64,000 nucleotides of DNA from positions 28,430,912-28,494,911 of the forward strand of contig NC_092675.1 in assembly GCF_964355755.1 (NCBI RefSeq), read 5' to 3'. Origin of the DNA: Antedon mediterranea. Taxonomy: Eukaryota > Animalia > Echinodermata. This document shows positions 1-14,357 of the stretch, in pieces (position 1 is the stretch's first letter; each line of letters starts with the position of its first letter). The translations under genes were made by a program, and so were the position numbers. The notes under the pieces were generated by a model. The model did not search any database. It saw nothing but the letters and a program-made list of their open reading frames with translations, and was not told the origin of the DNA.

Positions 1-1600
1 AACGTATTTTTATCTATAAAAAATGTTTTCTTTATCGTTTTTTATTTTTCCTTAAATTCCGTCAACAAGCCATTTTCTCTCAAAACAAGCGAATATCTCA
101 TTAAAAATAATATCTTCTAGATATTGTCTTCTTAAGGTTGAATTAAGACATCATTCCATTGTAATTACAAATTGCAGTAGTGGCTCATAATTACCGATAG
201 CGCATCAAAACAATGCCCGAGGCATGTCATCATTAATTCATCACTAAACCTAACTTAATACGAGGATTTAAATTAACATTAACATAAATTACAATTTTCG
301 TCAATGTTTGAAAAGCTTCAATGTGTACGTTCCATGTCGTTTTTAATTTAATAACCTATTTGATTGGTGTACGTGTGTGTGTGTAAATGATGTAAATTTA
401 ATTTAGAACATTATATCATTATGCACTGAATGTATAATTTGTATTTTAATCCAATAGACAATATTGTAAATCTCTTGATTTACCTGAAATATGAGGATGC
501 TTTTAGCCTCTGGTAGACTTGAATGTCAAATCGGAAAACAGTTTGAAATTACCCTTTCCTGTATCTTTGTCATAAATGGAAACGACTAAATGTAAATGCA
601 AACGAAATGAATTAAATCTTAATACATGTCATTTTGTGTATATCAGTGATAGTTTTAGGCGGTGAATTACCCAGACGATGCCAGTCCATCTAGTTTGCGC
701 CATTAATTCACTTATATTTGCATCTTAATTCTTCGTAGACTGTTTATAGCCTTTTGTGGAATGACGTTTTGGATGTATCTTTTCGTTTCCATTCATTTAG
801 TATTGACAAATAAAACTCGTATAAGAACCATAAACATTAATTATAAAAAAATATTTGAAATTGACTGATGTTTTCTAGAATGTTCAAATTGCATTTCAAG
901 ATAGATTCATCGATTTCGTATCCTACGGTATATAAATAGGAAACGAAATGAATGAATGCGAAAAGAAGCTCCGGTTTTCAACGGTGTTCACATAGTTACA
1001 CTTACAGTTTTGTAAGAAAGTTTATGGAGAGCCGTTTGGGATAATGTTCATTTTGTTACAACATTTTGGGGTGGTTTTTTTTCGAATAACATTTGCTGAA
1101 TGCGCGTAAAACCTTTGAATCTTTACCAATTCTTACAAGGTTCGCTACCTAAACCACATCAAATGTTGGTGTGAATCCGGGACCGCAGGTTCGGGGGAAT
1201 CCCCCCTTTACAGCGAACCCCCCTTAACCGACTGCGAACCCCATCCCCGATATGCCCAATACCTCACCCCCATCTCTGAAAATCCTCCAAATACGTACCC
1301 CATAGTACAAGTGTCCCAAATACTCCCTGGCTGACAGATCCTGGCTATAGTCCTGTAATCTATAGGAGCCTACCTTGAAATACACCTGGATTTTAGATGT
1401 ACGAAAGCATACCAACTTTCACATCAACCATTTCAGGCCTAGTAATAATAATTATTATCTAAACTTCTAAAATGTATATATTGTACAAAACGTCCTTATT
1501 TATAGCCAATGCAGTTATAACCAATATATCAAACAGGGAAACCTTTTTTTTTTATTAAATTTGAGCTCAGCTCGTATTATGTTTCGACAATCACGAGTTA

Positions 1601-1769
1601 AGCGTGGTTCCCTTCCGATAATTGTGTTTGCCCCCGCCTGCGTGAAATCAAATCTGCGATGTTTGCTGCATTGTTACGTCGTCGGTTCCCACTTGTTATA
1701 TTACGCAATACAGCACTTTGGGTCAAAACCTCGCTGCGTTACGTTGCGTCGCTAGTGGGAACCACGCTT
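1601..1769. mobile_element. MITE family A (PIF/Harbinger-like), internally deleted copy
   Basis: TIR AGCGTGGTTCCC / GGGAACCACGCT flanked by TTA. The interior is the reverse complement of the copy at 30356..30542. Confidence 0.75.
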
Positions 1770-4700
1770 TAGAATAATTTGATTGTTGAGATGGAGACGT
1801 AAATGAAACTCATCATGTTTCTGACATAGCTCATCTTAAAACATAACATATTGTATTAATTAGTATCGCTTGATCGATGTCTACTAACCATAATGATTTC
1901 GCGTGCCTCGTGTTACTAATAATAATCGTTTATATTTATAAGGGCTAGCATAAAAATTAATATTAGTAGTGTACCATGGTTTGCCTGAGTGATTACTATG
2001 CTTAATGATTCAGTCAGAGAAGCCTATAAAAACATTCATTATTTAATCAATAGATATATAGGTATAGGCTCATGGAGTAATAATAATTACTCCAAGATAG
2101 GACTAAGTTATTTTAGCTCTCATCTCAGCACTTTTTAGCTTCCGTGCATATCGAAAAAACAGCATAAAATAGAATGAAAAATTCCTTGATCGACTGCAGT
2201 TTTTCCAATTATATATAAGCCTCATACATTTTATGTTATTTAACTTTAATGTATTAAGCAACGTATGTTTTATCTACACTCTAAGCGAGTTCAATCTTGC
2301 ATCGTCTTATTGCCTCTATATGCCTACATCACTCTAAAGTACCCAAGTCCATTAGGGCAATGGTCATTAGGTTATTGTTGTACCGCAGTAGTTTTCTACG
2401 TATTCACCGTATTTGTGATTAGATATAGCAATTTGATTATTTCTTCAATATATCTACACAGACCTTGCCTCGAGTCGTACCCTCGGCGCCGCTGCCGTAC
2501 CGTATATTACGCACAGCCGACACAAACCTACACACTTGGAAATGCCAACGGTTTCGATTGTTTTTCACCGATTATACATTTATACATTTCCATCTTATTA
2601 AGATAATTGAACATAATTCTAGCATGGGAGCCGCAACGCATCCTTGTTGGATCCATGGCGAGTACGCTATAACACTCTATGGAACGCCATTACCATCGTC
2701 TCCTGTTGCGAAGGTTGTTTCAAAAGTCATTACGTCAACCCACAGAACAGACAACGGCGTTTCATACTGCAGCATGTCGATTATAACGCGCGTAGTTTCC
2801 TCTTTATTGCTTTCACACTTGTTTGTTCTTTTGGATTGTATTTCAGCAATGTTCAATAAATCGTGACATTTCGTTCTGTTGACAAAAAATCATTCCATTA
2901 TCACAATTTGAACAGCAATTAACTGTAACCAAAAGAGATAGTCCATCAAGACAAAAATGAGAAAATCTATGTGTAAATAAGGTAATTCGAGAATTCGAAC
3001 TTGTGCTAAAAAATTACGCGTTTGTAACTAGACACTTAGACAAAACTAGGCCTACGTACGATCAATCAGTATGTAGAGTGTATGACTAGGCCCGCCCTAT
3101 TTAACTATTTTTCAAGTGGTTTTTTTTTTTCATATATGAAGCAATAACTGACATTAATTGAAGCCTTCTACTTCAAGTCTGTTTTGTTTTAATCAAGAAC
3201 GACCGATTAATGAATCGGCATGTAATTTCACAGACCTTGCTTGTTCGTTCACAGCTGTAGTTATATAAAAGTAAATTACGTTTTGATTTCTATAGGGGGC
3301 GTTGTTGTGTTTTTTGCAGACTATGTCGGAAATGATAAGTATTAGGCTACTGTATCAACGATTATTATTGAAAACATTACAACAATTGTTGGGGTGGTGT
3401 CCCTAACCTACATTGCGGTTAATTTGAAGTATGAATTATCGACATTATCCTACTTTAATTGGGCTAAAAATTAACATCATTTCTAACTTTGAATAGGCCT
3501 AAGAGATTGGTATCATAGAAATATATCCCTTAAGTATCCCGTGACGTACACATTTGAATTCCAAGCATTTTATATGTAAATCCTGACTCATATTCGGATG
3601 ATGAGAACATTGTATTAGTGATCATCTTTGATGAGTCATATTGCATATAATATCACGAACACAAGGAAGATCATAACAAAACAACGCTAAGCCCTATAAC
3701 ATGCAGCTTTAATATTCTGTATACAACCTCAGATTAAAATCATAATGAGTAAAATTAAAAAATGACAAATATGAATAATTATGTAAATTGTATGAATAAA
3801 TGCTTGAGGGATTAATTGATTGGAATTTTAATTATGATAATATATCAATTACAAAAATGTTATGACAGAGAAGTTTTTTAAAACGGAATATATAAAAATG
3901 AAAGAAATAAATTGGAAATGGAAGCACAGTATCAGCTCGTTACCATCCCACGCACGACTATAGGACTGCTTAAACGAGGCTCTGCACGTAATAATTATAA
4001 TAACGATAGTGATGAGGATGATGATACTGATGATGATGATTATATATCAGTATATCACCTAAGTAAACCTAAGTAATAATTAATTAAACAATAATGTTAT
4101 GCAATTTACATTAGTTGTTTGCAATTTCTCTTGTTTGAATATGACGTCATGGTTGTAGATTGTTATTATTCCTTTGTTATTAACTGTGTTAAGACTTTTT
4201 GTCTCCTACACAACATAACGTAACTCAGTATTGTTGAATCGGTTTCTTAATTTGAAACATCGCGACCTCCACTTTGGATGCTACTTTTGATCACGGTCGA
4301 TGTTTCCGAATGTTTTAAAAGATTTAAAAGGCTTTAGTGTCTTTTTATTATCAAGACAGATTTAGGTTAACGTTATATGGATAAAGAGGGCGCGTGGATG
4401 CTTAGTGTTTTTGCTAAATAGCATGGATCGCCACCAGCAGTACATGTTTTACGGCATGATTTTTAAAAAACTTTTTTTAGTTTTGACAAATTATCATAAA
4501 CGAATTTTATTCGATTAAATGAATATTTTATAATTTTTATAGCATTTTTATCAGTCCTTTTAATGTATTTTATCTATTTTTAACTTGTGAATTATTTTAC
4601 AAAGCTTTAAATCTATACATTTTCTTTTCTTTTTCTCAATTTTCAGATTTTAAATGTTTTTAGGAAACCAAGCTTTATTGTTTATAGGTTATTCTAATTT

Positions 4701-5647
4701 TCTCTGTTACGTTTTGTTTTATTTGTTTCCGTTTTAATTTATTTTATTGTTTTATGAGAATTTCGAATAAAGTCAATCATTTACATCTTTTTAAATTGTA
4801 CAACCAACTTTTTTTTTCTCAATTTATATAAAGACGAATAAGATGATATTGTACTATGTTTTCAGTGCCATCATCACTTTTCAACAACTAACGATTTTCT
4901 GAGGTGTCTACTTAATGTGTCAGGCGCCATCAAGTTGTTCCTAACGTTTTTGAAGAATAATATTTCCACGTTAAATTAGTATTATAGTGCCCTCTGTATT
5001 TTCTACATTTTACCCTCTATTTTTAAAAAATTAATCAAGTTTACTTTTTTTTTTTCTATCAAAGTTAGTTCATAGCTGTGATTATTATTTAACTAATACA
5101 TTATTTGTTACTCGAAAATATCTGGAAAAAAATAATAATATAATATGTATAAATTGACGATTTTACTTTTGATTCCTAAAAAAAGTGAGTAGATCGTATA
5201 ATGTAGGCCTACGAATTTATGATTTTTTTAAAGACTTTCTCTTTTTTAAAATAAATGTTGAATAATAATATTATATGCCATAAATAATGTTAACAGACAA
5301 TGTTTTAAATGTTAGTGCTATGTAATTATATTTACTGTTAAATGCACTGTTATTAACTGTGAACAGTAACAAATAACAACCACGGATCTGCAGTGAGAGT
5401 GTGGATATTCACACATATGATTTCATTCGGTTCTCTAAACTTTCAATCAATGTATATTTAACCGACAGTAACCATGGCAAATGCGAAGGCGTGTGTTATG
5501 TTATTTACTGGCATTTTATAGACACGTTATATCAATGTTTTGTATCGTTAGTTACAGTAGTTCTTAAGTTCAATTCTTTTAATGTATAAATAACTGAGAA
5601 AAATAGATAACTGACACGTTATTCAAAGTCAAACGTAACATTTATTT

Positions 5648-5883
5648 ATAACGACCAGTTCCCATCAAACGTGCATTTATAACAGTTTTTATATCTTAAA
5701 TTTGTTAGCTACGGCCAAACAAGGCAAAGCTTGAGATGCAGCAAATAAAACTGAAAAAGAAAAACAGGACAGGACAAAACTGTACCGTAGCTAACGAATT
5801 TTAGTTTCAGAGTAGGGCCTACCGACTAATTTAAGATATAAAAACTGTTATAAATGCACGTTTGATGGGAACTGGTACGTTAT
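5648..5883. repeat. Foldback inverted repeat (MITE-like)
   Basis: About 55-bp near-perfect arms (5648-5702 and 5828-5883) plus an inner inverted pair (GTTAGCTACGG / CCGTAGCTAAC). Confidence 0.75.
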
Positions 5884-6716
5884 CCCAGAGTTTTGGACCA
5901 GTGAACTAAATACTAGGCCTATGTAATAGACGTACAGTAGTTTTGTAAAATGGAATACGTATTTGGTTAGTGCTCCGAGTTTTGTGATTATGTATGATTG
6001 AAACTAAATAAATCATCAAATTGTGAATTGTGAGCAAATTCGGCCATGAAAAAAGAAAAAAAAACACTTTCTCAATAAAGACACCAATGTGTTGATCCTT
6101 CAGTCCCGTCCCATCTAATGTTATTATCAATCAATTTACTAATTTACTTTGTTAAATAGAATCCATGTTTATTATGTAACGGACGTTGAGTGGTCTCTCT
6201 TCCCTATAAAGATTATAAACTAGGAACGTACGTGCATTTTATACTATGGAGCTTGTTTGAAAATGATTGGCATTTGTACTTAATATGTTGTGCTTAAACA
6301 CTTTACTGTGTTCACGTTTCATGAATGTGTCATGTATAATTGTATGGATTTAGTGAACATGTCCATACATGATTCACTACCGTTAAACTAGGACGTTACA
6401 TTTTTAAATGGTTTAAAGGTTAACCTGCTATAAACAATGAAACGTGTTGATGTATTATTTGTTTGGTTAAAAATAATTTTAAAAGTTTATTCACTGGTCT
6501 TTCTGACCTAATAAATGAGAACGTTTTTGTAATCTCTAGATGATTTGCAAAAAAAGTACCGTAATACCGTACCGTCACTTTTCAATTACTTCATTTTTTA
6601 TTTATTTTGGGGTTAATTATTAGGGTGTGTGCCATACAAAGGTGAGGAATCGACGGCTGTAATTAATGTTCGTTTTTATTTGCGCGTCGCTGTGCGCACT
6701 TGCGCTTTCCTTTCAC

Positions 6717-6787
6717 TTGCGTTTCTCTAATGTTCATTTGCGTTTCTCTAATGTTCATTTGCGTTTCTCTAATGTTCATTTGCGTTT
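6717..6787. repeat. 21-bp minisatellite
   Basis: Three-plus copies of TTGCGTTTCTCTAATGTTCAT. Confidence 0.85.
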
Positions 6788-6989
6788 TCATTGTATTCAC
6801 GTTTAACCCGTTTATCTGGCATTGTTTGTTCTGTGATGTAGCGTTATATGTGTATGATTCGTGGAACTGGACTGAATAAAATAATAGATGTAGACAGTAC
6901 TACATTTTACGCACACGATAGACCTAATGCTAAATCACGGAAACCAGAAACGTAACAGTACTACGTCAGGCAAAAGCATGGGAAGGCTA

Positions 6990-7120
6990 AAGCTCAGTTC
7001 CTTTGTAGTTGGAGGCAATGACTTAGCGACGCAAGGCGGTTGACCAATCACAATCGCGTCATGATTTGTCAAACGGCTTGCGTTACGCTTACGCTATACG
7101 TTGCGTCCTAGTGAGAATCA
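6990..7120. mobile_element. Degenerate MITE family A copy
   Basis: Shares ACGCAAG...TTGACCAATCACAA...GTTGCGTCCTAGTGAGAA with the family A consensus. Confidence 0.55.
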
Positions 7121-10100
7121 AACGGAATAGCCAATTATCTGTTCGTTCTAATTATTTGATGTAATCTTGTTTACGTCAATTTCGTTTAACGCATAACTAC
7201 TTAAGTACAATCAAGTAGCTTCCATTTTACAGAAATTAAATCGTATTGAGGTAAAAGGTGTGAAGTACATTGATCAGGGCAGATGCAGTCACTTGATAAC
7301 AATGCTATTTTGGGTACAAGAGACCCGACCAAATTATCACTCGAACCCGAGGAGACATAATTAGGGTTGGTGGGGGTGGGGGGGGGGGGGGTTTAGGATA
7401 TAGATATCAAACATATTACATTGTATTATAATACAAAGGTAGTAAAGCCGATTAAAATTAATTATAAAATTGATTAAGACAAAAATACCAAGGGAAAATG
7501 CCTTTCATTGAGCGCCTGAACTAGGTGCCTGTGTAACGAAAGCTGACCCATCCTTCATATAGAATGGTGTTCATTGCTCTAATTACGTGTGTGATGGATG
7601 GGTGTAGAAAATGTCTGAATATTATTAAATCCCACATATTGCCTACATATTCGATTTCTTATGTATTTTCCTGTTCCAATTCTTTCTTTCCCCATTCATA
7701 GCGAACATTGGTCCATATGTGTCTCGTGTCCCTAGAGAACCAATCTGATTGGTTCCGACAATGTGCATTTCTTTTAAACGCTGATTGCTCGAGAATTTAC
7801 ATGTCTTTCAACAATATGTCTATAAATGACGATTCGTATCGTATCAGTATTGTAAAATTTCCTCAAAATTTTCCTTATAATAAATTAATAATGAATAAAC
7901 TATAATAAATAGAGCAATGAAAGATGTGTGTGTAGGCTATGGATATGGTTACGGATACAATGTAAACGCTGTTCAGAGCAGCACTAAAACAATGTTTTGC
8001 CGGGGGCAAACCAACAAGAATGTAGCCCAGCTTGAATCTCTTGAACCTATGAAGTTTTTTTAGAAAGAGGTTTGATTTTGAGGGTCTAATTTAGTCTTTA
8101 GCGTCAGAATGTCTGAAGAAGTTTTAGAAAAATGTAATGTTACTGTCAAAACAAAATGTAAAGAATGCATGTGATGTTTAATGTTGCATATTTTTTTATT
8201 TGTAAAATAAACATTGACATTTAATTCAATTCAACTTTTTTATCAACGGAGGTCCATCTCATCCAGCGCATTAATGCAGCGAAAACTCTTAATGTTATAA
8301 TTGCCCATCTTAATACACATTTTCCAATCTTCTCAGTTCGAGTCTCAGCCTAGGGCGATATTTTCATTCACGTATTATTTCTCATTCCACCTTAATTCAG
8401 CATTAATGTCGGGTGGTTTAGAGTTTTACTTTAGTTATTTGTTATTACTACAGTATTTCAGCTGAATGTTTGTCGAGATGAAGCCCTACTACATGAAGCC
8501 ATTTCACCTTATTTATCATTCATCAGTGTTACATGTCATTTTCAGCTGACTGTTATCGGGATGAAGCCCTGCTACATGACGTCCTTCGAAAAAGAAAACC
8601 CTTCTTAATGAGATGAAGTCCTTCTCGAGTTGAAGCCTTTCTCGAGATGACTAGACAACCTTGACCAGAAATCAGAACAGAACATAACAAAATAAGAACC
8701 TCACTGAAGAATGGTTTAAAACAACTTATTTTTTAAACTCGTTTAATTTTCTGAAGTTGAATCACCTTTAATATACTAAAAAATGAACTCAAACGAATTA
8801 TCGATATTCAACACATTCTAGACTACTAAATCACATTAGAAGCCATTCCTCACGAGAGATGCTTCAAATTGGAGAGGGCAGAACCATGCCTTGAAATTGA
8901 ACCAAAAAAGGAAATCAAAGAAACGGCCTAAAGGCTATTTTATGCCATAGAAATGTAAGTAGGAACTTGAATGCTTTGCCTTCGGGGTAATTACAGGTCA
9001 TTAATTGAAATGTAAGCATATTTGATTTATCAGGAAATTAAATATAATTTGAAATGCATAATGTATAATGATAGAAATTAACATGTCGATAAAAGAAACA
9101 TCAAGAAATGACCTTATGTAAATGCACGGTATAATTGTGATGTTTAGACAGGTCACATGACGTATCATCATGAAAAGGGCACTACAGACATTAGGGTCTA
9201 TGAGTGTAGGCGATAAATCTTAAACCTTCAATTTCAATACGGCAGTTTTATGTACACACTAAGGTGGGGGGGGGGGAGGGAGGGGATGACAAAAGGCCTC
9301 CTAATTCCTAGGAGTTTTAACAAATAATCTATATTGTTTTGACAACTCTTGTACCATAACCACTGTGTTGCCAATTCCCCCTAACTGCTATGGCAAATAG
9401 AGATTGGTCATAACTTTCTACCGTACATTATGAAGATGATAATGACATTATATATGGCAAATGGTAATATGCGCCCTCGACATCATAAACGTTGTACCGT
9501 AACATTACTCCTGAAACTGAAACATTAATTTTGTAGGCGCGGCATCACATTCAAAAATATCTATTGAAAAGAAACCTGGTTATATTAATACTGTTACTGT
9601 TAAATGATATAACCGATATGCATTCCACACCAGCCGAGTTAGACATGTATGATGAAGCAATCTATACTGGTAATCATGTCTGTATAATGAGTAAGGGTGT
9701 TATTGAAATTAGAATTGACAATTGAAATTATGTCGGTCGTTTTGTTCACATAATTATTGTCCTTTTGGTGTCGAATCGATTTATTCTATAGATATCATGG
9801 TGACGTATGTGAATACGTAGGCTAATTGCATTTCTTAAGATTATTTTGTTTTCTGATATTTTCACAGTTTAGAGACTGATGTAGGCATATTTTCATGGAC
9901 ATTCATTGTGTTTGTCTAAATACCTATTTCTTTCCTTCCGCTTTGATAAGGTCTAAGCCTAGGATACCCTTGTTATACACTGTTTTGGTCTCTGGTTTTA
10001 GTACGAGTATGCTATACCTACATAATTACTACATTTTCTGCCACCTCCGTCCACACACTTAGGCCTATGTTACTTTTGTAGATATTTTGACTTAAGTATA

Positions 10101-13100
10101 GTTATAGGCCTATTGTGTGTAGAATATAAATAAAAGAAAATGTTTCTCAGCAATGACTGTCTGGATAGAGTATAAAACTTCACATCTGTTGCAAGCAGAT
10201 CTGGTTGCAAGTGTCTAATTTTGCCAACAAAACAACTTTTCAACAGGGGGGTTAAACCCACATGGTGTACAGAGTTAAGTGATTTCATACTTAAACATGG
10301 AGTTATATTTATTGACACTGGGCGACTGTCATGAGGTGTTAAGGCGACGCATCGAGTACTAACTACATGTGCTGAAGGTTTAATTAAATCATTTTTATCG
10401 AAACCTTGAGAATTCTTAGAAAAAAACGTTTATTCTTTCATGTAGGCTTATTTTCTTTTTTTTTGGGATGGGGGGGGGGGGGTACATTTTATGTCTTATT
10501 ACCGGTATTAATAATTATTGACATCTTATTATGACCATATTAGGTCATTAATATTTAAAATTGTATTATACGATTATAAATTTTAAAAACTAGGCACTTT
10601 GATATGGCTAGGCCTATTGCTAATTGCTAGGTTTTATTATCAACTGATTTGATTTATACTTATGATACAAAGATCTTTGATAAAATTTAAACTTATTTAT
10701 ACTTATTTTAAATACTGCAGCTTTACTTGTATCCGGCACTTCAAAATTTGCTCTCACATTACACCAATTTTACATAAAGGAGAAGATTGAAATGTAGGCT
10801 TGAATTTCAAACTTGCAGTGCTCCAATAAGAGTAATATTGGGATTCCTCTCCTTGCAGAGCATGCCATCATGAACATTAGATATTTAAAACTCAGTTGTA
10901 ATATTACAATTTAAATATGGTACTCTCAGTACCAATCTATGTAATAAAAAATAATTTTATCATTTCGAGAATGTCGTCTTTTTAGATAAGATAATCTTGT
11001 CTTCAATCGTTAACTTTAGTTGAACTGTTTGAAATTGATTATACGGTGTTTTGCCATCGGGTAGCATCTTCAAATAGTCCCACTGGGATCTACACTGAAT
11101 CGAAAGTCACCAGGAAAAGAGTAAAAAACACAGCAGGAGTCATTTCTTTTTATATTGTATATATACTATTTGGCGTTTTCTAATGAATATGTGTGTGAAG
11201 ACGTTCAGACGTTTCTTCTTTCACAAAAGTATCATTTTAGAATTTATTCACAAATTATCAATATTAACCCTAGGATTCAGCTTTTGCGTTCCACAAATTA
11301 CAATGTGGTTTTAGTAAAATTGATAAATATTGCGAATCTTCTGCATTCTTTTCTAAGCCACACTTTACCAATTACGGTCTGGGTTCGGTAATTTAGTAGC
11401 ATTTCCAAAATAATTCATTTCATCTTAAGAAAGGTAGTTGTGTTGCCAAACCACGATTTTCAAATTATGTAGACGATTTAACTATCCCTAAATTGCAAAA
11501 ATGTTTGTTTTTGACAGCTTAGAGAAAAGGGACAATTTATAATTGGACAGTCATTAACACAATGTGGCTTGAGTTTAAACCTCGACGAGACCAAAGAATC
11601 TAGAATCTTTTATTAAAGGTTTCCGATTGAAACTTCGTGTAGGCCTAATTGTAATCCTAACAGAACAAACTAATTTATTTTAAGTCGTAATGTTACTGCA
11701 ACATACGTTATATAGATTCTTGGGACTTTAGCTATTTCCTCTTGGTCTGAACTGCTTGAAGCATGGGTACTTTACAAGTTGGGACAGGCAGACCAGTTTC
11801 GTGGTTCATTCTTCACCCTGTCTTATCGAGTTAGATTGTAAAGTAATAAGGAAAAGCGAACGTGATGAATTTACTTTCCGTGTTAACTCTGCAGTGTAAA
11901 CTATTCATTTAAATCCAATCATTTTGGAATTTTGAATATATACAGTTTCCGTGAAATTATCTGATTAACGACCAGGTGGGCATTCAACTACCGGTGATAT
12001 CTATAGGCTCTAATTTATTGGTGGGATAATGGTTCAACATGGGTTTGAAAACAAGGAAAACAGATTAGAAAAATTATAATAGTTGAGAAATATTCTATTC
12101 CATTTTAGATGTAGGCCTATATAGGAGGTCTGTAGATTTGAATAGAACTTCTGTTGAACATAAGAAGGAGAGAGAAGGGAAGAGAGGGGAGAAAGCAAAG
12201 ATAACATTAATATGATGCTGAAGACGATATCGCAAACGACGTGATGATGGTATTTGGTACAAAGAGCAAAATAGTTGATTTATGAAGCCTACTCTAGAAA
12301 GAGGACCAACACACTTGCTTATATTGGTCAACTATTTATTATGAATGGTTTAAGTTATACCAACATGTGTCAAATGTATGAAATAAATTATAAAAACGAG
12401 GTGGGTATAAGAAAATCCAATTGCCTGAATTACAGGAAGTACAATCGTCATTGACGAGTGTTTTCTTATTCGTATCTTTTAGAAAAATATACACACAATA
12501 TATATCGTTTCTTGACAACCAATCAGAAAGAAGAAACGAACATTTAGCATATAGTAAAGACACTTAAATTGTGATTTACTGTTTTATATATGCGTTATTT
12601 CAAATGTTTGTTATCAGAAAATAGTTGGTGGTATTTTAACCTATTAATTGCTGTTCCGTAAACATTGTGCAGAATAACGAGAGTAAAAAAGACATTTATT
12701 ACGATAGGTGCTACAGTTATGTATTTTAAATGAGTTAAGTTCAACATCCTATGTCTTGGACATACAGGTTTTGGTTCTACTTGGAAGAAACGCAACACGT
12801 AGGTGGTGCGAACGCAAGTGGGTTGACCAATCACAAGGGTGACTTTTACAATACCAAATTTAAGAGGCGATATAATGATACAATTTAGAGATTTATATAA
12901 AACATTATTGTACACATTTTAAAAAAAGGAAATAAATTAGGCTGGAAATAAATGTCAGTTATCTTCTTATGAAATAATTTATGAAAACGCAAACAGAAAC
13001 ATTCCAAACATTTAAGATGTGCGATAATAATAGGCGTGGCTGCCTATACAGAATTGCCAATGCGAAAATAAATAATGTAAACAGGTTCATTAACAGAATG

Positions 13101-13123
13101 CGAACGATCTGAAACGTTGTTAA

Positions 13124-13249
13124 AGCTCTGACTACACTATCAAAGTTTGTGTGACAAAACAATGTAACCCTATTTGGCCATATCATTACCATATTTGAGC
13201 ACATCACACTTTTTTTTTGTCTAACAAGTTTGATAGTGTATAGATAGCT
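13124..13249. mobile_element. MITE family C (PIF/Harbinger-like)
   Basis: TIR AGCTCTG(T/A)CTACACTATCAAA. Related copies at 42056, 56773, 58664 and 60427. Confidence 0.75.
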
Positions 13250-14199
13250 TCAGTTAGGTTATTATGAGGTAACCGACACCTACACTATATTCTATCAAAA
13301 AAAGGTGTTTGCATTGATTTATGTATCAAGTTGTCTTAAACGTAAACTTGGGCATATATTTGCCATCAAAGCTGGCTATAACACGTTTTTGCTAGACCAC
13401 AGTGATGACAAATAGCCTCTGAAGAACAGATTAATAGTATTATTTATTACTGTGGTTGTTGTTGTTGTGATATGGCACACACCACATAAACATAACAGAA
13501 GCATTTGCTGGAATTTAAGATAATAAATTGAATCCTTCCATTTTGTTTTCGTTGACGAGCTGTAAGGTAAACTGGTATCTTCCCTGATATATTAGCCTTT
13601 CATTCTGTATAGTGGTTTTAGAGGAGTTGGATAATAAAAATCTTGGTTGTGGTTTCTGGTCAATTTTTTCATTGAAGACAAAATGTAATATATTACACAT
13701 GTTCAAAGAATTTGGAACGTCAAGTCATCAACTAGTGGGCTGTAACTTACAATCGAAAACAATCAATTTATTTCATTTTTACCCATTACATTAATAACAT
13801 ACTACAGTAAGCAATAATTGTAATTTTTTTTTCAAAACGTCACAACATTTTATTTATTTCGGTATGATAATGCAAATCGAAGAAGATTAACCAAATTCAC
13901 ACTAGAATCCGACTTGGTTTCAGCTGTCTCAATTCGCATTTATTCTTACATGGACTTCGGGACAATCCAAATTGTACTTGTGGCTTTAATGTTGAGAATC
14001 CGCTTCATTTCTTATGTTACTGCCCTAATTATAATACACAAAGAGATATTCTACTTGTAAGCGCTAACTCAATTATTGAGGATATCTTAGCCAAGGATTT
14101 TTCTTTAACATTTAATTTTACATTTTTAAGTGAAATTTTTATTTTTGGTTCCGATCTTCTTTCGAATTGTGAAAATGCTTTATTATTTTATTATGTACA

Positions 14200-14357
14200 A
14201 CAATTTCTTGTTAATTCTGGAAGATTTAATTGATGTTTCTGTTAGTTGTTTTAAAATGTTGTATTTGTTAATCTGAGGCGCCTTGAAGCTAAGATGGTTC
14301 CATCTTGTAAGGCGCCTCTGTGTAATATACTGAATAAAAAAAAAAAAAAAAAAAAAA
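14200..14357 (+). mobile_element. 3' tail of a non-LTR retroelement (L2-like LINE or SINE) with poly(A)
   Basis: GGCGCCTTGA...AAGGCGC stem-loop-like end, then AATAAA running into a long A tract. Confidence 0.45.

Noticed and set aside
2265-2866. Overlapping ORFs of 71-133 aa in a CpG-richer stretch
   Set aside because: No recognisable motifs, most start at non-ATG codons, and minus-strand frames are also interrupted. It may be UTR or regulatory sequence, but that cannot be supported here.
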